From Oopsacas minuta (Eukaryota; Animalia; Porifera): 64,000 bases of DNA. The stretch's first letter is position 1. Each line of letters begins with the position of its first letter. Under the pieces are notes generated by a model, which ran no database searches, had not been told where the DNA came from, and was given only the letters and a program-made list of their open reading frames with translations. The translations under genes were made by a program, and so were the position numbers. This document shows, piece by piece, positions 1-16,278 of the stretch. The DNA lies in NCBI GenBank assembly GCA_024704765.1, contig JAKMXF010000022.1, positions 248,001 through 312,000 on the forward strand, in the 5' to 3' direction.

Positions 1-185
1 TCATGATAATTACGCGAAATATGCAAATATAGCAAGTACCTTCAAGATAAAATTATAATCTCAAATAGTCATATTTTGATAATTTATTGTGATGCCTTTT
101 ATGGGCCAGTATTTTTGTAAAGCTTCACTTTGCGGTCCCGCTACGAACGTGTTAATAATATCTACTTTGTTAATATTTCTTCTAG

Positions 186-1625
186 ATTCCTGGTACACAG
201 AAATCCTTGTATAATATTTGAGCATTTCAGCTTCTTACTGTCTTCTCGAGAACTTATTGATCAATTCTTAGACGTAGTTCGTTCTCAGTCATTTGATCTT
301 AGAAAGCAATGGTTCTATGATAATCTGTACAAAATGGAAAACACAAAACCTAACACTTCCCTCTACTCAGATGAAAGTCCAATTGTTGTAGACAGACACG
401 ATTTCTTCAATTCATCATGTGGAGCTATTCTTTCATTTCCCGCAGAGGTTCTAAAGAGAGATATCAATATTAAATTCACTGGTGAACAGGTATGGACCAT
501 GGATATTATATATGTATTAGTATAGTTGGTAATATCTGTATCAACAGGGTATGGGTGACGGAGTGAAGAGAGAATGGTTTAACCTCCTGTCTACAGAGTT
601 CTTAAATCCTGACTATGCTCTATTCACACCCTCTCCTGATGGTACCGCTTTCCAGCCCAACCCCAACTCAGCTGTCAATCCAGATCATCTCTCTTACTTT
701 AGATTTGCTGGGAAAGCATTTGGACTTGCTCTCTACCACAAACATTTAATCCCCGCCTATTTTACCCGCTCATTCTACAAACACATATTATCACGTCCTC
801 TGGATATTGATGACGTAGCTTCTATTGATCCTGAGTATGCTAAGAATCTCAAATGGCTGTTAGACTCTGATATCGAGGAAGCTATGCTAGAACTCACGTT
901 CTCTATAGAGGAAGATGCATTCGGAGATCTTCAGTTGGTACGAGTTAATACAATAATACTATTGTATCAAGTTCCATAGTATAGTACGTAATTTCTTGTT
1001 TGTAGATTGAGCTTCGTCCCGGTGGAGCAAACATCCCGGTTACAAACTCCAATAAGCGTGAGTATGTACAGCTAGTAGCAGAGCATAGAATGGCTAGAGC
1101 TATTCAGGAACAGATAGGTCACTTCTTGGAAGGATTCCACGAGTTTATTCCTCATGGGCTTATCAGTTTATTCGATGAGTTAGAGTTAGAGCTACTAATG
1201 AGCGGAGTACCTGAGATAGACATTAGGGATTGGATTGATAATACAGAGTATTCCGGGTATGTTATACAACGAATATACATAGTAGATTGTATTAATTTAT
1301 ATATCATAGACTGGACGCTAGTAGTGAATTGGTACAATGGTTCTGGTCATATATAGAACAACTAGACAAGAATTCACTTGCTCTAATTCTCCAGTTCGTG
1401 AGTGGGAGTGCTAGAGTACCAGTTGGAGGCTTTGCTAAGCTACAGGGGTCGAGTGGTTCTTGCAAGTTCAAACTCACCAAACTATCTTACACACAACAGT
1501 GCCTCCCTCAGGCTGCTACTTGCTTTAATTTGCTGAAACTTCCTGACTATCCAACTCGGGAAGAGCTAAATAAAAGTTTTGAAATTATGCTGAAACATGG
1601 AACACATGGTTTTGAGTTTTCTTGA
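186..1625 (+). CDS. HACE1: HECT E3 ubiquitin ligase, HACE1-like (3' part; 5' exons lie upstream of the window)
   Basis: Exons 186-489, 548-937, 1006-1256, 1310-1625 join in frame through GT-AG introns. Translation gives [57 protein letters not shown] and [16 protein letters not shown] (catalytic Cys). The pre-HECT segment (FDLRKQWFY...[11 protein letters not shown]) resembles HACE1 as I recall it. Confidence 0.85.
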
Positions 1626-1688
1626 ATTATTGATCTTTGTAAGGATGTATGTTTGGTTTTCGATTTTATAGCACAGAATATTTTACAA

Positions 1689-1710
1689 ATATATATATAT
1701 ATATATATAT
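1689..1710. repeat. (AT)11 microsatellite
   Basis: Perfect dinucleotide run seen directly. Confidence 0.95.
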
Positions 1711-1799
1711 TTATCTAAACGAGTTATTCTTATTCTTTTCTATAATTTCTATTACACACAGTATTAACTAATTGCTAGATGTTATAGCGTTAATTAAAT

Positions 1800-2642
1800 A
1801 TGGATAATATGTTGGATGTATTAAGCCATGATCATAGGAGTACAGACACTATTCCTATTGGTGCACCGGATTGTCTATGTCTGGACAGGAAAGATCCTCT
1901 CTTCGGAGCAGTTCATATCGGCCATCATCCACACAAAATATACTCCCCCGGTCCAATTAGTGTGTGTTCACGAAATAATTTGATATTTATTGCTGATGAT
2001 CACTCAGGACGAATTAAAGTATACACAGAAGAGGCTTACTTTATAACTTATTTCAAACAAACAATACCAGAACAAATTACAAACTTGTTAGCTTATAAAG
2101 ATGAATTATTTGTGTTGAATAAGAACAGAATTTCTATATTCATTGGTTTGTCCTGTTTGGTGAATAATCTCTTATATACTTTTTTAGCAGTAGATATTTC
2201 TGATGATTTTGTGTATATTGGTACAAATAACAACATTATTCTCATGTTTGGCCCTAGAATAGATCTGATTGAACAGATAGGACTGAGCAGGTCACATCTC
2301 ACAGATAAGAATAATCTATGTGACTTCAAGGTTATAGATGATTCATTAATTTACGCACTTTTTACCCAAACTACATTTCCTTTCCAAATATTTAACACAG
2401 ATGGAGAATTCTTAATTTGTTACTCCTTCCTTATAATTACACCCCTGAGCTTATCTATTAGCAAATACGGATATATAGCTATCAGTGACGTCACTTCGAA
2501 TTCTGTCAAAATACTTAGTCCAGATTTTAAGCTTGTACATACTATAGATGATATTTTCGAACTGAGAAGAGCAATATTCTTAGAAAACTCTTTACTTGTA
2601 ACAAATTCTTCTCTTGATGATTTCAAGCTTCTTTTCTTTTAG
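1800..2642 (+). CDS. Divergent NHL-repeat-like beta-propeller protein, single exon, 280 aa
   Basis: Repeating beta-strand units such as PGPISVCSRNNLIFIADDHSGRIKVY, PFQIFNTDGEFL and PLSLSISKYGYIAISDVTSNSVKILSPDFKLVHTI match the NHL repeat pattern. Confidence 0.6.
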   Translation: MDNMLDVLSHDHRSTDTIPIGAPDCLCLDRKDPLFGAVHIGHHPHKIYSPGPISVCSRNNLIFIADDHSGRIKVYTEEAYFITYFKQTIPEQITNLLAYKDELFVLNKNRISIFIGLSCLVNNLLYTFLAVDISDDFVYIGTNNNIILMFGPRIDLIEQIGLSRSHLTDKNNLCDFKVIDDSLIYALFTQTTFPFQIFNTDGEFLICYSFLIITPLSLSISKYGYIAISDVTSNSVKILSPDFKLVHTIDDIFELRRAIFLENSLLVTNSSLDDFKLLFF

Positions 2643-2929
2643 AATTTCTTAGTGCCATCCTGTGTATTTCCTTAATATGTATTTGTATAATTTACTCTCA
2701 AGGTGTACTTTCGTTATTATTGCAAAAATGAGATATGTAACTATTGTTGCCCTAATCCACGAGATTATGCACGTGTCCGTGAATGCAACTATTTAAAATC
2801 ATTTCTTATTTTAAATTTTATGGACTGATGTGCATTTTGATTTTCTAGTACGTATTCTAAATATTATTCCTACAAACAAAGATCTATAAATACAGTTCAT
2901 ATACAAACGTATTATTTCTACTTACAGCA

Positions 2930-4264
2930 ATGAATTACTTGTTTATTCGGAATTGGATTGGATTTTTCATCCTCGGTTCTATCAACAATCTATCTTACGT
3001 AATCGTTAATTCATCGGCTTTAGTATTAGCAGCAAGTTTCGGAAAATCTAATCTCGTAGCTGTTATCCCATGGGCTAATGTGGGATTCAATCTCATCATT
3101 AAAGGTATCAATACATTCTTGTTAGTGAAGGTTCCTATGCATTTGAGGTTTGGTGTGAATGGTGTATTGATGATTATTGGTCTCTTAGGCATCTCATTCT
3201 CTCCTAACTTTTACATGATTATTGCATTTATACTAGTTATCGGTCTTGCTAGTGGATTAGGCGAGAGTATTGCTCTTGAATATTTGCAGAGGTTTGACAG
3301 TAGACTTGTCAATGCTTGGAGTAGTGGGACAGGATTCGCCGGTGTCCTTGGTGCATCTCTATACATTGTATTCACTTGTATAGTCTATGAAGCTACTCTG
3401 AATGATATATCTGTGAATACCACAGAGAGGCTGAGACGCATGAACCAAATAGCTTTCTGGGCCTCTACCCCGCTTCCTATAGCTTACCTCATAGCATACT
3501 TTATAATAATCAAACGTGAACCTGAACCTGAACCTGAGCTTGATTATGAACCTCAAGAAGTGGAGACTGAGTCGAAGGATACTTCATCCGAAAAAGAAGA
3601 TGAATCAATCGTACAGCTGCTTGATGATGACATCAGAGCATCTAATATACAACAACAGCCTCTAATTGGTAAGAAACCTTCAAGAGTAAAAAGTTATATC
3701 AACAGTTATTTGAGAGGATTTACTTCTACTCTCTGGCTTAGTCTGAATCTAACCGCGGTCTACTACTTTGAATATCTAGTGAGAACTTATTCTTCTAAAA
3801 CAAGACCTAAATATGATTTCCATCCAGCTTGTCCTGAGCTATACGCAGCTATACAGCTATCATACCAAGCTGGAGTATTCGTATCCAGGTATAGCTCTAA
3901 TCATTAATTAATTTGATATACTCGCATTTAATTATACTTTTTCAACAGGTCTTCTCTCCAGATAATCAAAATAAGATACGTATGGATTTTAACAATACTA
4001 CAAGGTATTAATATGGCAGTATGGCTGATAGATGACTTCTGGAAATTCCTACCCATATATGTCCTACCTGTCTTTATGGTGTATGTTGGTTTATTGGGAG
4101 GGGCATCCTATGTGAATATATTCTATCTCGTAAAGACAGAGGATAAGTTCAAATGTAACCGTGAAGTTTCAATTAACATTTGTTCTATGTGGATTGCAGT
4201 TGGAATATTCACTGCCTCTGCGACTGATACTCTTTTTGATCTAACCTTTTTGAAGAATTATTGA
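2930..4264 (+). CDS. CLN3: Battenin / CLN3 lysosomal membrane protein
   Basis: Exons 2930-3888 and 3949-4264 give 424 aa. Motifs include GSINNLSYVIVNSSA, GLASGLGE, AWSSGTGFAGVLGA, YYFEYL, YQAGVFVSRSS and GLLGGASYVN, plus an acidic cytosolic loop. Confidence 0.92.
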
Positions 4265-4520
4265 TGAATTTAAATGTTTTCAATTGATTATATATTTTCA
4301 AGTATCTGTATTATTATTTGATGTAAAATTGAGATTATAGTAAATGTTCGCATATTAACAATTCGCCTAATAGCAAGTGCTTTAGAGCCTTAGAGCCCTT
4401 TTTGTATTTGAAATAATTCCTCTAAAGAATTACAACTTGCTAATAGGCGAAATCCACTGTATATTCTATAGTATTTACTACATTTATTATATTATATGAC
4501 TAGAAACTTGTTTGTAATAC

Positions 4521-4946
4521 ATGGCCTCTACTGGAGCTAAGGGTACAAATGAGAAGGAACAAAAGAACGTAGTACACCAGAATGCTATCTGGCGTGAAAC
4601 AGTTCACAAAGAGCAACACAACCAGAAGTTATACATAGAGTTTAACTACAATCCTTATAAGAAGCCTATAACAGTAGCTGGTAAGCCAAACGAGAAACCG
4701 AGCAAGAAGGAGGAGAGAGGAGATGAAGTGTTCTTACAGGTGTACAAGAAATCTCAACAGACACCAAATGAAAAATTTGAGTATCCCTTGACAGAGGCTC
4801 AGGAGATCGGATGGTATCACTCTATGCAGATGGACAAAGATGCTAGAGCAGATGCCCGTCTACACCATCCCAGATCTTTTTCAGAGATCACTAAGTATAT
4901 GGAAGCAGCTTGGAGGCAGAAAGAGCAAGAGAATCTCCAGCAGTAA
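4521..4946 (+). CDS. CFAP144: FAM183/CFAP144-family ciliary protein
   Basis: Intronless, 141 aa. VHQNAIWRETVHKE, NPYKK, EYPLTEAQEIGWY and HHPRSFSEITKY match the FAM183 pattern. Confidence 0.8.
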   Translation: MASTGAKGTNEKEQKNVVHQNAIWRETVHKEQHNQKLYIEFNYNPYKKPITVAGKPNEKPSKKEERGDEVFLQVYKKSQQTPNEKFEYPLTEAQEIGWYHSMQMDKDARADARLHHPRSFSEITKYMEAAWRQKEQENLQQ

Positions 4947-5234
4947 CACCAGTAATAATTAACCTTCTTACATATACACACTGTTTAATACGATATCACT
5001 TATTGTTATTAATAAATACGATTTTATCGCCAAAATGTTTATTTAGTGTTATACTCGAATGTTTACAAAAATATAGCATAGTTGACTTTGCTATTGGGAC
5101 CATAGCCTATGATTCGAATTATCTTTATAGGTGGGGATGGATCTGGGCCTATAAAATGTTCCAATTAGCGGAGTCAACGTCAACTTGAGTCTGACAATAT
5201 ACCGTCATTTACTGAACTGACTGAATTCACTATA

Positions 5235-5376
5235 CAGTGGACGCCGGTTATAAGAACATGCTTGGGAGTAGCAATACTTCTTCTTATAACCTACATAAAT
5301 ATACAGGAATATACAAGAAGCGTTTTCCAGTGGATGGTGCTTATCTCCGGTGTGTTCTTATAACCGGCATCTACTG
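5235..5376. mobile_element. Tc1/mariner-pogo-type MITE
   Basis: TIRs CAGTGGACGCCGGTTATAAGAACA (5235-5258) and 5353-5376 match at 22/24. Left flank TA, right flank CA. Confidence 0.8.
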
Positions 5377-5446
5377 CATTATGTTAAAAATTAACAGTAC
5401 TCACTATTCTTCGATATATCTTCCTTACAAAGATTAGTTAATAAGA

Positions 5447-9600
<4,154 letters not shown>

Positions 9601-11664
9601 TTGTATTACTTTTGTTTTTTTTAATGAAAGATAAATATTATTGAAACAAATCTATTGTTGTTCACAAAGTTCTCGCCAAAGTCAAGAAATTTATGCCAGA
9701 TAAAACCTATGAACTTTGTTCATGATCTTGCAATCTAGTTGTAGATTATCTTCTCTAAATTCCAAAACATGACAGTTTCAATTAATTATACGAAATAAAA
9801 TTGATGAGCTTTATGCTGACTACGAAAGATCACTCCCCTTGAATTTTGGAAATGGGAAACTACAAAAGATGTTTGATTCATCAGCTATGGTCTCATTTTT
9901 GTAATGAGAACTGATCCAATCATAATGTACAATTGCTAGTAGTTTTAGAGGGAAAATACTTATCTCTTGAATAATATGTAAATTTGCACCCTAATGTTAA
10001 TTTTCTTGTATCCGCTCTTATTTAGATGCTGAATATTGAAATATATTCTCCAAAAGTAAGTTTCGCAATAGAACATTTCATTGACACAATTTATCACTCA
10101 GTTAGATTTCGCAGGGTCTGATTAAATTATTTCAACCGGCATAGGAAAACTACGTATCTCACTTGCTCTTAGAAAATATGTATTTTCTCCATACCTGTGG
10201 TGTACAGCCAAAACTATCATAGATAACGGGCTGAAACTACCAGGATATTTTCCCGAAATATTCTGCCAGAAAGTATAGAATAGCTAATTGGTATTCCGTG
10301 GCCTTTGTCCAGAACTTACAACAACAATACAGCGTCAAATAAATATGCTGGTAATATTTCTTTCACGTTGTGTTGTTGTGTTGTAAACAAGATTTCAGTT
10401 TTGCATTAAAATTATTTCGTAAAATATATACAAAATATTTTCAAATATGGAAAGCGAAAATCGAATTTAATTAACTAAATTCTCTTTAATAATCAGAAAA
10501 ACAACCAAAAATCAATCAAACAACAGTTATTACTAACATCGATATTATTTGTGATCTAGAAAGACACTTAAGTGTTTAATACGTTACAATATGGGAATTC
10601 CAAAATACGAGTGTTTAGATCACCTGTTAAGGGGGATATAAACATTTTATTTGGAAAAGTAGTTAGGAAACGTCTCAATAATTTTTATCATTTTTCCATA
10701 GCTATGCTTCTTCATATTTCGTTTTGTGCATCGTCCCTTTGAAAATTTCCTTATCAAATAAAAAGTTCCTTTCAACTATAATTACAAAATAATTATCTCT
10801 AAACTTCTACTTATGGATGACACAGTTCCAAATTGTCTGCCATCATATTAGCTTCAATAAACAATCGTGAATTTATCATAGCTTTCATTATTTGTTTGTG
10901 TTTATTTTAGTAGTGTTGAATAAACACCATTTTGTTACTTACTGATTTGTTTGTTCTTTTATCTTCATTATGCTCCACATTCAAGAAATGCAAGAATCAA
11001 AGGCCCTCTTTACTGTAAAATCCTCTATTTTGATGACTAATAAATATACCATCTATTTGGCAATTAGATAGATCTCTTTTATGTTCTTGAACAATCAACT
11101 CCTTGCCATACCAATGGCCTAAAGTCCGCACTACACAATATGGGATGTTTGGAAACTTCCTGAACATAGGCATAATTCATGTTCTAATGCTTTACTCCTG
11201 TCAAAGGAACTTGAATAAATACTCATTCACTTCCCTACTTTGATAAAACCATCAACTACTTCACCAATAAAACTAATTTCGTCAAAAGACATCAATCAAT
11301 TCTTTTAAAGAATGGACTCCAAATTATCTCCAGATTTCATAATGAACGATTCCCTAAGCATCGATTCTTTATCCAACAGTTCTTCTAGCAATTCTAGCAA
11401 ATGCTCCCTTCTCGAGAACGAGTTTGCAGGACTAGGTAAGATTTTTCCTTTATCTTTTGTAATTATGTTCAGTATTAATATTTCGCTCCGTTTGTTCAAC
11501 TGTTTAGCAACAATTCTTAATCAGTCTTATTATTAATCGTCATTTTAGTCAGAATATGTTTAACTATTTCATGAAATTCTTATCAAAATGCGTGACATTA
11601 GGAATAATTTTCCGGTTTAACTGATTGAAGTGTTCTTAATATATTATTCGTCTTTTTGTTATCA

Positions 11665-11695
11665 TAAATAAAATAAATAAATAAATAAATAAATA
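11665..11695. repeat. (AAAT)n microsatellite
   Basis: Near-perfect tetranucleotide run. Confidence 0.85.
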
Positions 11696-12376
11696 TTGAA
11701 ATTAAATGAAATTTTAATTTCAATTTTTTACGTATTTTCTAATTTTTCCAAGTTCTTTTCAAGAATAAACATCTAAACTCAATATTATCGCTTAATTGAT
11801 TATTTAGTAGGCTGTAAATTATCTGCTGATGTAGTACATCTCAGTGATGAGCCTCTAATATTATTCTGATCTTATAATCCTATCATTGTATTCAATTCTT
11901 ACTGTATTCTATTACCGCTTAAATTCCATTGAGGTTGTTCCAGCAATTTATTACCTAGCATAATATATCCTAATAATTAAACTTGATAGGAAACATCAAT
12001 ACACAATCCTTGAAAGGTGTCAATACCTCGATCTCGCTCTTAACAGTATTTATCATTTCCATTACCTGTTGTGACTTGTGTGCATACCCTGTACAAGCTA
12101 AAGGGACCTTTGCCATCTGATTACTATTATAATAAGATAATGTTTGAAAAACTATTTTAATATTTAAATTTGAAAAACTCGCTTTATTCGAAGTCTTAAA
12201 GCAATGCTCATAAGTCACACTGAAAATTCGGTATTGCATAATACAATTGGGTCGTTTTGATAATTTCTGATAATCCTCTTATTCCGATATCTATTTCAGA
12301 AAACGGATTGCAATCCAAATCGTTCTGATCTACAGTAGTATAGATACGAATAGTTGTCATTAATTTTATCTCTCAG

Positions 12377-14602
12377 ATATAAATGATGGAGATCACGAGC
12401 CTCAACTTTCTGATCCTGGTGTGCTCGGAGAATTCTTCTCTTTCCAAACAAATGGTCAAAAGAAATTTGTGATAAAATCTGAGCGCTGGGAGGGGAAAAA
12501 CCCTCGTAGAGGGACAGAAATATTTATCGGTAAAATTCCTCGTGACTGCATGGAAGATGAATTGATTCCTCTCTTCCGGAGTTGTGGTACAATTTACGAG
12601 TTTCGTTTAATGATGGACTATTCAGGAACCAACCGTGGATTTGCTTTCTGCATTTATACTTCTATTTCAGCTGCAAGAAATGCTGTAGCACAGATCAATG
12701 GCTATGAAATCAGACCTAATCACAAGATGGGTGTGTGTAGAAGTGTTGATAATTGTCGGTTATTTGTTGGAGGGATCCCAAAGAGACTCAAAAAACAAGA
12801 AATCTATGATGAAATCTCAATGGTAAGTAGTTTCCTTTGGCAACATACGCGTCCAGCGTCTTATAGACCTCTACAAACTGCTTATTTATGAAACCAAAAT
12901 TTATATGACAACATTTACAATGTTCTTATATCTTACACTCTAATTGTATATCTAACCTTTAGGTTAGTGATGACGTAATAGACATTATAGTCTACCCGAC
13001 ACTCTTAGATAAGAACAAAAATCGCGGTTTTGCGTTTATCGAGTATAAGAACCATAGAGCTGCTGCAATGGCAAGGAGAAAGCTACTCACAAATCAGATC
13101 GAACTATGGGGACAGAAGGTGGCAGTAGATTGGGCAGAACCAGAGCCTGAGATTGATGAAGAGGTCATGTCTAAGGTACGTGTACATATCTCTAGATTTT
13201 ATTACCAGTGCTTACTCATACTCGATTATATTTGTTGCATATAACTTGCTTCATTGCTGCATTGTATGGTTATTTTTATGATACTATTTACAGGTGAAAA
13301 TAATCTATGTTCGGAATTTGATGCTATCTACAACAGAGGAAGGATTAGCTGATGTATTTTCAGAGTTCGGTATAGTAGAGAGAGTAAAGAAGATCAGAGA
13401 CTATGCATTCGTTCATTTACAGACTCATGAACAGGCTCAGGCCTGTATTGAAGGGTTTATTGGCCGAGACATCGAGGGTGCACACGTAGAGATATCATTT
13501 GCAAAACCAGTAGATCGAGAATCCTATCAGAAACAGAAACACGCCCGTCAGCAAGCAGCTGCGATAGTTTCTCAGCAGCAACAGAATCCCCAGCCCCCCT
13601 CAAGTCCACAATACACCCCAGTGGTAGGCTATGTGTCAACTCCCATTCAAGATGGATTTACCTTTACACCCATTACGCCAGTTCCTCCTCAAGGCTATTG
13701 TGGAAGGTAAGTTTATAATCTTAACTTTTTAAGCAATCCATTTATTTCCATTTCTACAGAGACTCTCCATTCCAAAAGCCCAACAAACCTAAGTACACAC
13801 CCAGCACGGGTCTGTCTTCAATCTTCAAACACATAAGACCTAATCGTCGCAGCAGACTCAATCATTTCCTCTCTCCCTCCCCAAACAGCTACGCCCCTAC
13901 TCCTCAATTATCAATGTATGCACAGGGATCTCCTATTCCACAGGATTACTCATCTGAGCAGCCAATGCCTTCACCTGACATACAGGTAATTTCCATTATT
14001 ATCTTTTGTATTTACGTATAAATACACATAAATTGTTATTCTTATTGTTCATACAGGAGATGTACGAACATCAAGCCTCATTGGATCCAGCTGTGTACTA
14101 TAGAGCTCATTGCAATCAATCCCCTACTAAAGTATCGCAACCCATGGCTTCAAATAGTGCGTTTGTTATTTAACTAATTGTATTATGGATCAAAAATTAT
14201 TCGAAAGCGAAATTTCAGGACTCTGCGAAATTTCCCGCAACATAAGCGCGGGAAATATCTATAGTTCCGATAAATTTGACTATCATTGGGTAATTATTCA
14301 ATTATTTAGAAATTACAAGAAATTTTCCCATTGAAATTTGAACCAAAAAATATATTAATTTCAATTTGATTTATCAAATTAATCAATTTGAATTTTTAGT
14401 GCAAAAGTTTGCTGTACACCCTGCTTTTGGGTTACACCCCTCAAATCAACCCATGCTTATTCCAAGACACAATTTTCCACAAGCAATGACCCCCAATGCA
14501 GGAATGGGGCACATCCCTAGCCCAGCATATTATACTTATTCTTCTGCACAAGGAACGGCAATACACCCAGGCTACCTTCCACAAGAAATCTGTCATATGT
14601 AA
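12377..14602 (+). CDS. Triple-RRM RNA-binding protein, RBM46/RBM47/A1CF subfamily (first exon not located)
   Basis: Exons 12377-12822, 12963-13175, 13294-13706, 13760-13985, 14057-14156 and 14400-14602; the last junction is less certain. Motifs: TNGQKKF...[50 protein letters not shown] and [10 protein letters not shown], followed by a Pro/Gln/Ser-rich tail. Confidence 0.85.
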
Positions 14603-15218
14603 CAACAGATGGCTTAGAAGAATAGCTTTTGTCGTAAAATCTCTTACTCCTTAATACTCACTCGTTATTAGCACACTTTTGTGATAGAATTTGTATAACA
14701 TGGCGTTTTATATTATTCTCACTAAAGATTACTATATTAGGATATTCTCCTCCACTACTGTATTATAGATTATCTAAGTTTTATTGTAATTTATTATTTC
14801 TCATTCTTATTTTGTCTCTTCGAATAGACTCTTAGCAACTAGTACTTCTTTATTGTGCTTCTAGCTATTATAAATTATATTATGCAACTTGTTTCAATTA
14901 TTTTTACTAGTACAAAGGAGAATATAGGAAATACGGGGGGGGTGCCAGGTCATGAACATAGTTCATAGATTTGTAATTGACATGAATCCTGCATGAACTA
15001 CTTTATATAAAACACTGAAATTAAGGGGATTACATAGATTTTCCCACAGGACTTTTGTAGAACACTCATATTTCCCCATACCGTTCCCAATATATACCTG
15101 CATTAATTATAAATTACGAATTTAATTCATCAAATTAAGATAAGCGGATCATTTGACGCTCTTTACGGGAAACAATGGGCTTACATTTTATTTTATCGTT
15201 TCAATCTTAGCAAGTAGA

Positions 15219-15671
15219 ATGTCGTTAGAGAATATAAATCCAACTGTATGTCCTAAGCTACCTCCCCGTGAGGGTAAGGTTGATGATCCTTTTGATAGTC
15301 GTGGTATATTCGATTTAATACGTTGTATTAACGACCCAGAACATCCTCTGACGCTAGAAGAGCTCAGCGTTGTTAGTGAATCTCAGGTTCTTGTGTCCAA
15401 TGAAATGTCCAATTCCTCTGTTCATGTATACTTCACACCCACTATACCAGGCTGTAGTATGGCTACTTTAATCGGTCTTAGTATTAAAGTACAGCTATTA
15501 AGAAATCTACCTTCCCGCTTCAAATGTTGCATAGAGATTACACCTGGTACACATAACTCAGAACAAGCTATCAATAAACAGCTGGCAGATAAAGAGAGAA
15601 TTGCAGCTGCTTTAGAGAATCCACATCTCATGCTAGTTATTGACCAGTGCCTTGATGTAGAAATTGTTTAA
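15219..15671 (+). CDS. CIAO2B: Cytosolic iron-sulfur assembly component FAM96B/MIP18
   Basis: Intronless from the ATG at 15219. [36 protein letters not shown] and [18 protein letters not shown] are diagnostic. Confidence 0.95.
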   Translation: MSLENINPTVCPKLPPREGKVDDPFDSRGIFDLIRCINDPEHPLTLEELSVVSESQVLVSNEMSNSSVHVYFTPTIPGCSMATLIGLSIKVQLLRNLPSRFKCCIEITPGTHNSEQAINKQLADKERIAAALENPHLMLVIDQCLDVEIV

Positions 15672-16144
15672 TTATTTGAATTTTATTTAATGTTTCTAAT
15701 TCTAAAATACTTATTTTGCTTTATTTCACTAGTTGTAAATGGGTGCACCATTAACTTGGCAAATAAATTCAATTATTTTGGCAAACAAAGCAATTAATTT
15801 GGCGAATGGTTAAAATTATACGCCCTATATATTGGTGTCATTTCAACATTTCTCTTTGTGGAGTGTGGATTCATATACTCTGACACATCAGGTAGTTTAC
15901 TACACCCACATATCCGTCCTCAGGCGTTGCGCCTTCTCAGCTATAATTCAGCTATAATTGAATTTTCAGTTCGGTTGCCAAAATAATTGAATTTTTAGTT
16001 CAGTTGGCTAGATAATATTACATTCGTTGTCAATTGTATTAACTACTGAGTACTGTAACAACAATACTATAGTCGTCCAGTATTGATCTCTGTGTTTTTA
16101 GTGCAGCTATTGGAGATGCCATATTCCCATGGACGATATACAAT

Positions 16145-16164
16145 GTCCGTCCGTCCGTCCGTCC
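16145..16164. repeat. (GTCC)5 microsatellite
   Basis: Seen directly; possibly part of a Helentron-type element (see findings). Confidence 0.9.
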
Positions 16165-16278
16165 GTACAAATCTCGATTGTATAATAATTAACACGTAGG
16201 TACATTTTGTAGTGTAGATGTGCATCTTGAGTATGATTTGTAAGATTCTTAATTCAGTGCCATCTACATAGCTTAATT

